The notes below the pieces were generated by a model that searched no databases, was not told the DNA's origin, and saw only the letters and a program-made list of their open reading frames with translations. This document shows, piece by piece, positions 1 through 6,582 of a stretch of DNA of 64,000 nucleotides; position 1 is the stretch's first letter; every line of letters starts with the position of its first letter. The translations under genes were made by a program, and so were the position numbers. This DNA is from a virus: positions 1 to 64,000 of IMG/VR virus record IMGVR_UViG_3300045738_002037; one strand, given 5' to 3'.

Positions 1-179
1 CAACAGCTAGAAACTACATCATCCCCAAGCCCGTATTCATCCTCAATGTTGTCCAGTGGATTCGTCGAAAGCGGTCGCCGATCTTTAGGGTAGAAAGTCC
101 GACCCGCAAAATTATGGCCAAATTCATGCGGATCTTCCGTAATGAATGCGGCAATATGTTTAATAGTTTTCTTATCCAT
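1..179 (-). CDS. ITEDP-leader protein (partial, runs off window); putative internal head protein
   Basis: Not in ORF track. ATG at 179 gives MDKKTIKHIAAFITEDPHEFGHNFAGRTFYPKDRRP..., open to the window edge. Confidence 0.8.
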   Translation of the reverse strand, partial: MDKKTIKHIAAFITEDPHEFGHNFAGRTFYPKDRRPLSTNPLDNIEDEYGLGDDVVSSC

Positions 180-192
180 TTTCTTGCCTATA

Positions 193-486
193 TTATTGTA
201 CAACCAACTTTTCCTGTTGATTCATCTGAAAACGCTTTCCAGAATCTTCGTCGACGATATACCAGTTGTGCATCTGGTTTGGATTCCATCGACGCATATA
301 CTCAACCGCATCTTTAAGCGATTTGAAATTAGCAAAGGCATCGTAAGAACCATTTGCGTGTTTATAAACTCGGAATTTATATCCACCAGGCTCCGGCATT
401 TTGCCCATTGCGGTTTTTTCAGGACCAAATTCATCCGGATCTTCCGTAATGAATGCAGCAATATATTTGATAGTTTTCTTATCCAC
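193..486 (-). CDS. ITEDP-leader protein, 97 aa
   Basis: Track ORF 193..765, but the leader (M)DKKTIKYIAAFITEDPDEF starts at GTG 486, which overlaps the upstream stop (GTGGATAA). Start reassigned on that basis. Confidence 0.75.
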   Translation of the reverse strand: MDKKTIKYIAAFITEDPDEFGPEKTAMGKMPEPGGYKFRVYKHANGSYDAFANFKSLKDAVEYMRRWNPNQMHNWYIVDEDSGKRFQMNQQEKLVVQ

Positions 487-1618
487 CGTGGGGACCCTCT
501 CTCCACGCCTCGCGGCCATAATATTCTCCTGCGTCCGGGCCAGCAGCACCGCCGCCTCTCGCCTGATGGTGCCAGGGTTCTGAGAGTGAGTCGTCTTCTC
601 TTGCCCCAAATTTTTTGTCTTGCCATGTGGCCCCGGTGCTTTGCGGCGGCCTGTCCAGTTGGCCTCTTCGCGGTACAGGCTTAACGGTAATCTGTTTAGC
701 GCCAGCTGATTTGGCAGAATCAATGGCGAATGATAGTTGACCAAGCAGCGGTGTGTCATTGACATTCAAATCTAAGTCCATCATATTTGCGCCTTTAAAC
801 AAAATCCACATGCCTTCGGGCTGCGCGTCAGATGTTAATAATTCTAAGGTATACTCTTCAGGAATATCAGAGCCACCCTGAAACTCATTAATGACTCCTG
901 CCCGCACTAGCCCCTCTCTCCACGCCTCGCGGCCATAATGTTCTCCTGCGTCCGGGCCAGCAGCACCGCCGCCGCCCGCCTGATTCTGCCAGGGTTCTGA
1001 GAGTGAGTCGTCACCGCCGCCCATCGCCTGATCCTGCCAGTGTTGATCGTGATCGTGCTGGGCGTCTTCTCTTGCCTGCAACTCGGTTGCTCCCCAATCG
1101 TTGGCACCTCCCCCTCCCTCATATATCCCCTCGGGTACCCCGGCATCCTGAAGCACCACCTCCAATGCTGGAGATGGCTTGGAGAGCGGTACGTCATCGC
1201 GATTATGCCAGCCGAGGCCAGCACGTTCCGATGCGGCGATAAACGGCTCTCCATCTTTAAGCACAAAATAAATTGGTTTGTACATTTCAGCAGTTCTCCG
1301 CGCATCTTCACTCCCGGTGTCATTGGGGTCATGTGGCGGATCGGGGTTAAAACACCACTTAGTTCCTTCCCCAAGTCTCATTATTTCCTCGACATCATCG
1401 ACGACTATTACTTCGTATGTAATATCTCTATTAGGCCCAACTTGCATAGTAGAAAGAACTTCACGTCCACCTTCCATACCAGGAAGAAGCCGTTGTCGTT
1501 CTTCTTGTTCCATAATATCTAACGGCCCGCCCGATACTTGTAGATCAGGACTAAATTCATTCGGATCTTCCGTAATGAATGCAGCAAGATGGTTAATAGT
1601 GTTCTTGTTCATTTCCAT
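479..1618 (-). CDS. ITEDP-leader protein, 379 aa, with GxGTxWC motif and internal duplication
   Basis: N-terminus MEMNKNTINHLAAFITEDPNEF; motif LGEGTKWCF; repeated DDSLSEPW...GREAWREG segment. Confidence 0.8.
   Translation of the reverse strand: MEMNKNTINHLAAFITEDPNEFSPDLQVSGGPLDIMEQEERQRLLPGMEGGREVLSTMQVGPNRDITYEVIVVDDVEEIMRLGEGTKWCFNPDPPHDPNDTGSEDARRTAEMYKPIYFVLKDGEPFIAASERAGLGWHNRDDVPLSKPSPALEVVLQDAGVPEGIYEGGGGANDWGATELQAREDAQHDHDQHWQDQAMGGGDDSLSEPWQNQAGGGGAAGPDAGEHYGREAWREGLVRAGVINEFQGGSDIPEEYTLELLTSDAQPEGMWILFKGANMMDLDLNVNDTPLLGQLSFAIDSAKSAGAKQITVKPVPRRGQLDRPPQSTGATWQDKKFGAREDDSLSEPWHHQARGGGAAGPDAGEYYGREAWREGPHGG
495..1012. repeat. ~101-bp direct repeat (495-595 and 912-1012)
   Basis: Near-identical copies encoding DDSLSEPW...AAGPDAGE.YGREAWREG. 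Confidence 0.9.
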
Positions 1619-1621
1619 TTG

Positions 1622-1933
1622 CTAATACTCCAAACCTGACTGAGACATATGTTCTATTGATTCAATATAAGATAAAAACTTTTGTGATTCCTCTCCCTGC
1701 CTTACGCTATCCGCTAACTCTCTTTTCTGGGCTTCTCTCTCTTGAGCATTTACCTTAATATCCGAATGGGAGAATGGCTGACCTGGAGTGACTCGTTTGT
1801 GCCCTGCTCGATCCACTCCACCCAGTTGGTCAAACGTCTCTTGGTCAAACGATCCAGTATTAAATTCATCCGGATCTTCCGTAATGAATGTGGCAAGATG
1901 GTCAATGGTGTTCTTATTCATTTTCTTATCCAT
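1622..1933 (-). CDS. ITEDP-leader protein, 103 aa
   Basis: MDKKMNKNTIDHLATFITEDPDEF; C-terminal half paralogous to 1968..2336. Confidence 0.8.
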   Translation of the reverse strand: MDKKMNKNTIDHLATFITEDPDEFNTGSFDQETFDQLGGVDRAGHKRVTPGQPFSHSDIKVNAQEREAQKRELADSVRQGEESQKFLSYIESIEHMSQSGLEY

Positions 1934-2116
1934 TTTTATTCTTCTTTCGCAAGAATGTTAGTCTAACCTAATACTCCAAACCTGACTGAGACATATGTTC
2001 TATTGACTCAATGTAAGATAAAAACTGTTGTGCGTGTTGGCCCTGCTTTACGATATCCGCTAACTCTCTTTTCTGGGCTTCCCTCTCTTGAGCATTTACC
2101 TTGATATCCGAATGGG
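1622..2116. repeat. ~149-bp direct repeat (1622-1770 and 1968-2116)
   Basis: Both copies encode HSDIKVNAQEREAQKRELAD...FLSYIESIEHMSQSGLEY*. Confidence 0.9.
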
Positions 2117-2336
2117 TGTGACCCGCTTCATCCTGCCTCTTCGCTTCCTCCGGGTCGTAGTAGTACTCTTTAATAGTGCCTTTAGGCGGTTGCAAGTTAA
2201 ATTCGCGCGGATCTTCCGTAATGAATGCGGCAAGCTGTTCGATGTCTTTCTTATTCATTTTCATTTTATTCTTCTTTATTTGATCTAGATCTTCATTAAG
2301 AACTTTATCAAGTTTTTGTTCAAATCGGCTGCTCAT
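1968..2336 (-). CDS. ITEDP-leader protein, 122 aa (first gene of the array)
   Basis: MSSRFEQKLDKVLNEDLD...MNKKDIEQLAAFITEDPREF. Confidence 0.8.
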   Translation of the reverse strand: MSSRFEQKLDKVLNEDLDQIKKNKMKMNKKDIEQLAAFITEDPREFNLQPPKGTIKEYYYDPEEAKRQDEAGHTHSDIKVNAQEREAQKRELADIVKQGQHAQQFLSYIESIEHMSQSGLEY

Positions 2337-2362
2337 GTCAGTCCCTATAGCGATATTTATAA

Positions 2363-2370
2363 TATATTTG
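2363..2370 (-). promoter_or_regulatory. Putative late promoter motif CAAATATA upstream of the ITEDP array
   Basis: Same motif recurs shortly upstream of many structural gene starts; resembles T4 late TATAAATA. Confidence 0.45.
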
Positions 2371-2473
2371 CATAATTATGCAAACACATAATGACATAGA
2401 TGTTGTTTTTTCACCATACCTATAACGCAATAAAAAGGGGATATTAATCGAACTTATACCGCATAGAGATCAG

Positions 2474-2499
2474 CTCCTTTGTTACTTTAAATAAAGGAG
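2474..2499 (+). promoter_or_regulatory. SD-sequestering hairpin
   Basis: CTCCTTTGTT pairs with AATAAAGGAG (10 bp, one G-U), covering the AAGGAG SD of the ORF at 2506. Confidence 0.55.
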
Positions 2500-2505
2500 A
2501 AAACA

Positions 2506-2685
2506 ATGCGTAAGATAATAAAGACAATTACATGGAACACGATAGCTTTTAGTATCACTTTTATAGTAGGCTGGATTATCACCGGGTCTATAGAAACCGG
2601 CGGAGCTATTGGAATTGTTTGCCGTCTATTAAAGGTTCCCAGCTATTGGGTACACGAATCCATCTGGGACAATTATACTATATAA
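2506..2685 (+). CDS. DUF2061-like small membrane protein, 59 aa
   Basis: Not in track. MRKIIKTITWNTIAFSITFIVGWIITGSIETGGAIGIVCRLLKVPSYWVHESIWDNYTI matches the K-x-I-T-W...TGS...HE-x-I-W pattern; AAGGAG SD. Confidence 0.75.
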   Translation: MRKIIKTITWNTIAFSITFIVGWIITGSIETGGAIGIVCRLLKVPSYWVHESIWDNYTI

Positions 2686-2701
2686 AACACAAACATATTG
2701 T

Positions 2702-2833
2702 ATGGAATTTACATGGTGGATATGGTTAATAATAGGCATAGTCATAGGATGGCTTAGCGGCATCTTAAGCGTAATTGGTTATGTATACTTTAAAGTTAAA
2801 AGATTTACAAATCGTATAAAAAAGAGAAAATAG
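2702..2833 (+). CDS. Small single-pass membrane protein, 43 aa
   Basis: Not in track. MEFTWWIWLIIGIVIGWLSGILSVIGYVYFKVKRFTNRIKKRK: hydrophobic helix plus basic tail; no clear SD. Confidence 0.6.
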   Translation: MEFTWWIWLIIGIVIGWLSGILSVIGYVYFKVKRFTNRIKKRK

Positions 2834-2856
2834 ATTAAATTCAGAAAAAATAAAAC

Positions 2857-3306
2857 ATGAAATTATCATTAATATCTGAATCTACGGGACGTGATAGGGT
2901 ATTTGCAGATCTATTGCATAAATTGCATGGCCAAGTACCCAATTCGTTGATATTATCGATCAAAAAACTTCACGATAAAAAGAAATCATATCATCCAAAC
3001 GCAGTAAACGTATCAAATCAAGAAATTTATCAACAGTTGTTGGGCGGCGAACGACTACTTGGAATATTAGAACCACATCTGGATGATGAAAACAATAGAT
3101 ACCCACCAAATGGTGTAAGTGATTGTGGCGTCGAGTCATTCCCATCCGAAGATGGGAATGAATATTTAGTAGGTCCTGTGGCCGCAAAGGGCCATGAACA
3201 ATTATGGCAAGATGTTAATGCTTTGCCAAGACCTTCGCATACGATGAATATCGCGTTAGGATTATTGTTTGGATATGATCCAATAGAAATTCAAAAATTT
3301 TTGTAG
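2857..3306 (+). CDS. Hypothetical protein with MKLSLISE leader
   Basis: 149-aa ORF; N-terminus nearly identical to that of 34662..35006 (MKLSLICE). Confidence 0.75.
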   Translation: MKLSLISESTGRDRVFADLLHKLHGQVPNSLILSIKKLHDKKKSYHPNAVNVSNQEIYQQLLGGERLLGILEPHLDDENNRYPPNGVSDCGVESFPSEDGNEYLVGPVAAKGHEQLWQDVNALPRPSHTMNIALGLLFGYDPIEIQKFL

Positions 3307-3327
3307 TGCGACATTCATCTAACCTAT

Positions 3328-3365
3328 AAAAAAAGCCCGGATCGGCGAACCAATCCGGGCTTCTT
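3328..3365. terminator. Intrinsic terminator, probably bidirectional, downstream of the capsid gene
   Basis: AAGCCCGGAT...ATCCGGGCTT stem flanked by an A7 tract and TTCTT, between convergent genes. Confidence 0.85.
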
Positions 3366-3388
3366 AATTTGCCTAATAACAGCGTTTC

Positions 3389-4978
3389 TTACAGATTCGA
3401 AACCGTAATAACACCATAGTAAAGGCCACCATCTTCGATCAACTTCTTGCCGTATCGGGTCATGATGCCCTTATTCGGCGTGAAGCTGTTCGGATCGAGG
3501 ACAGTCGGGGTCGACAACAGTGGAATATACGGAGCATAAAAGTAGCCCGCATCCAACACTGAATTACCCTTGAAGCCCATCAGAATCCGACAATTCGGGA
3601 AGAGTGGGTCCTTGTAGACCTTCATCTTACCCTGCAAGTTACCGACATTCATAATGCCGATGTCAACGCCTTCAGTCGTGAACGCGTCGCTTGCGCGGAA
3701 ATCATTGAGCTGCTCGAACTTGGAACAAACATCAGCGGATGTTACCATCCAGTTCGCAGGACCACGCAAGGTGGTTCTGTGGATGATGTTTGCGACTTCC
3801 AGAGTCTTGTAAAGCAACGCAATGTTACGATCAGTGAAGTTCACTGATGCGCCCGCTGCGGTGGCGAAGTTATGGTCAGCACGAATAGCTGCGGCGATAA
3901 TGAGATCATTAATGATTTCACGATCAATTTCCGCGACCATTTCATCGGCCATCAAGTCGGTTAACGTCGACTCGGCGTCGATGTTATGAACCGCCTTGAG
4001 GTCCTGTGCTGCTTCCAATGACCATGAAGTCTTCAGCTTACGAGTAACGGCAGCAACGCTGTCGCTATCGATGCTAAGAGTGACTTCCGGCTGGAAGGGG
4101 TTAGATTCCAAATCATACTCGTAATTAACGCGTGCAACGGAACCGGTCGGAAGACCGTCACCAGAAGCATCGAGTGTAATTTGAACAACGCCAGTAGCAT
4201 GATTAAATGTCGTAGCACCAGAAGTGGTGGTATCAACAGTAATAGCACTGGTAAAACCAGTCACGCTACCAATCAAAACCGTATCAGGATCGCCATCAGC
4301 ATCAAAGCTGACACGAAGCCCAGGAGTTACGTCAGCGCAAGCCGGATCAGCATTCTCGGCAGAGTCATAGACTTCAACCACTACCGTACCGGAAAGAACT
4401 GGACGATGAGCGAGTGTTGCCGAAACCAGCTTACCTTCAGTGCTGATCGTGGCGTCTTCGCCCTTAACTTCCTGAGAACTGTAGTACGGATCCAACGCCC
4501 AACCGTTCTGACGAGCAAAGCTCTGAGCGGTATTTTGACGCATGATCTGCGTACCAGCAGTCGTTTGGCCCTTAGTAAGAGCGTAACGATACCTGATGTA
4601 AAAAATTAAACTAGCAGGCTGACTCATGGGCTGAACGCCAACGAGATTGTCTGCAATCAACTTGGGATAGGACTTTCGGATCAGAGGGAGAGCAAACCGC
4701 GTAAAGTCGGCAATGTTTGCCGTAGTGGTTTGATCTTCCAAAATGACCGATCGGCCTTCGGGATTCCAAGCATTATACTGATTTTCAAGAAGAGCAGCCA
4801 TCATCCCGAACTTTTGCGTACTGATTTCTCGGCACTTGCTCAGAACTGGCGACCACTTCTTGACCAACTGGTTTCGCTTCGACTCATGTATAACTGCTGC
4901 CTTGTGGAGATCAGTTTGCTCCATGAGCGGGCGACCAGCTGTCCCTTCAGTCAGATGACGACGAGTAGGAAGAGTCAT
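3389..4978 (-). CDS. gp23: Major capsid protein (T4 gp23-like)
   Basis: LIADNLVGVQPMSQP, RKLKTSWSLEAAQDLKAVH, AEIDREII, GYFYAPYIPL, GIMTRYG motifs. Confidence 0.97.
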   Translation of the reverse strand: MTLPTRRHLTEGTAGRPLMEQTDLHKAAVIHESKRNQLVKKWSPVLSKCREISTQKFGMMAALLENQYNAWNPEGRSVILEDQTTTANIADFTRFALPLIRKSYPKLIADNLVGVQPMSQPASLIFYIRYRYALTKGQTTAGTQIMRQNTAQSFARQNGWALDPYYSSQEVKGEDATISTEGKLVSATLAHRPVLSGTVVVEVYDSAENADPACADVTPGLRVSFDADGDPDTVLIGSVTGFTSAITVDTTTSGATTFNHATGVVQITLDASGDGLPTGSVARVNYEYDLESNPFQPEVTLSIDSDSVAAVTRKLKTSWSLEAAQDLKAVHNIDAESTLTDLMADEMVAEIDREIINDLIIAAAIRADHNFATAAGASVNFTDRNIALLYKTLEVANIIHRTTLRGPANWMVTSADVCSKFEQLNDFRASDAFTTEGVDIGIMNVGNLQGKMKVYKDPLFPNCRILMGFKGNSVLDAGYFYAPYIPLLSTPTVLDPNSFTPNKGIMTRYGKKLIEDGGLYYGVITVSNL

Positions 4979-5014
4979 TAGTCACTCCAATAACAAACTT
5001 TAGTTAATAATTAA

Positions 5015-5740
5015 TTAAATAAGATCTTCATCCATGTCTTTGGCTATGTCGGGAATCCCAAAACCGTCACCGGACGTGCCAGTAACATGGGATTCTTCAC
5101 GTTGCTTCGTAGGATTAGGATCTTGATTTTCCAAAATCGTGGGTCTGGTAGTTACCGGCTTACCAGAACGCCGTTTCGCATCAATTCGACGCGATCTTTT
5201 AGAAGGAGCGCTCTCTTCAACTGTCGATTCAACTTGCACCTGCAGATTCTTATGAATTGTAGACTCTAAGGATCTATTTTTCTTAAGAATCTTTTCTGCC
5301 AGCGCAGTCTGTCGATTAGCAGTTTCAACAGCTAACTTCCTCTCCTCATTTACTGCCTTAACTTGCCGCTTCAACTTCTTTAATTCGGCTTCAATTTCTC
5401 CATCGGGTCGACCATTTGGCTCAATTCCTTCCACAAGGGAAACAATGTCCTTGAGCTTGGCCAGCGCCTGGGATTCTTTAATTGCCGATTGACGAGTTAA
5501 AACAGCCTCCACAGCAGCGGATTTGGTTTCACAGAAAATCTGCACGCGACGAGCCAGTTCTTGCTTATGAGTCTCTGTCTCTTCGACGCAAATCTTTTTG
5601 GCTTCTTCGATTTTTGCTGAGTACTCAGACTCGAACTGCTCTCGGAGCGTTTTCTTGTAGCTTTCTAAAGATTCGCAGATCTGTTGGGACATTTCAGGCT
5701 TTACACCAGATTTTTCCAACAATGCTTTAATCTTTTTCAT
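5015..5740 (-). CDS. Prohead scaffold/core protein (gp22-like)
   Basis: Coiled-coil, Glu/Lys-rich; lies between protease and capsid genes as T4 gene 22 does. Confidence 0.7.
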   Translation of the reverse strand: MKKIKALLEKSGVKPEMSQQICESLESYKKTLREQFESEYSAKIEEAKKICVEETETHKQELARRVQIFCETKSAAVEAVLTRQSAIKESQALAKLKDIVSLVEGIEPNGRPDGEIEAELKKLKRQVKAVNEERKLAVETANRQTALAEKILKKNRSLESTIHKNLQVQVESTVEESAPSKRSRRIDAKRRSGKPVTTRPTILENQDPNPTKQREESHVTGTSGDGFGIPDIAKDMDEDLI

Positions 5741-5833
5741 TTTATGGCTCCAATAAAAACCGTTAGTTTAATAATATATTTGATCGAAACAATTATAAAG
5801 AATTATAATTACCTATTAAGCAATAATAATCCC

Positions 5834-6571
5834 CTATTTAAGATCAAAATAATTGTTTATCTCCTTAACTAACATTCGTTCGTAGGTAACCCTATCGAAC
5901 TTACCGCGAGCCTTCCGAATCGGGCGTAACCTATTATTCAAACCCTCTTGAATATTAAGTATTGCTCCATCAACCGAAGGTTCTGCGACAGCATCCCAAG
6001 TTACAAATGAATAACCAGGCATTACTTTGTATTTTTCTTGACCGCCGGATTCAACAACTTCCATGTCGCCAACACCGCGAGAAGAGATCCCAACGCGAAT
6101 TTTGTGCTCAAATAATCCTCGAAGACAAGCACCACACGGTAATCGATGAAGAATTTCAGCTTCACCGTAGACTTTGCGGCCTTCCATCCAAATCTTCGTA
6201 ATCAGATGGCTAACCCTGTCTAAATGAATTTTAGCATCGGCGGGGTGATCGTATTCACCCATAACGCCACGCTTGCCAATATCTTCTTGAATATTTTCAA
6301 CGGCTGGCGCTAAGACATCTTTGGTACTATAAACTCGGCCATTGGCGTTTTCTCTATCGCCTTCCTGGAACAGTCCAGTAACTCTTAGCGACGGCTCTTC
6401 ATTACCGTTTATACCTTCTACCACCACATTTTTAATATCTAGCACATTAAAGGCATATGTGTCACGAATCAACTGCATTCCTGCAGGAATTTCACCTGTT
6501 TCAGCGATTATTTGGCGGTTGATTGGGGTAATCCCCGCCATTGTCACTTTACCACGTCTTGTAGGCAGCAT
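5834..6571 (-). CDS. gp21: Prohead maturation protease (gp21-like)
   Basis: NANGRVY, GEYDHP (catalytic His), GISSRGVG (catalytic Ser), WDAVAEPS. Confidence 0.95.
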   Translation of the reverse strand: MLPTRRGKVTMAGITPINRQIIAETGEIPAGMQLIRDTYAFNVLDIKNVVVEGINGNEEPSLRVTGLFQEGDRENANGRVYSTKDVLAPAVENIQEDIGKRGVMGEYDHPADAKIHLDRVSHLITKIWMEGRKVYGEAEILHRLPCGACLRGLFEHKIRVGISSRGVGDMEVVESGGQEKYKVMPGYSFVTWDAVAEPSVDGAILNIQEGLNNRLRPIRKARGKFDRVTYERMLVKEINNYFDLK

Positions 6572-6582
6572 GTTTTATTACC

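Noticed and set aside
487-765. N-terminal extension of track ORF 193..765
   Set aside because: It overlaps 479..1618 in another frame; the family leader begins at GTG 486.
495-2116. Repeat pairs as DGR template/variable regions
   Set aside because: Mismatches are not confined to adenines of one copy, and no reverse transcriptase is present in the window.
129-2227. Recurring 20-bp repeat as a CRISPR array
   Set aside because: Spacing is irregular (about 300-1100 bp), every copy is in frame within a gene 5' region, and no cas genes are present.
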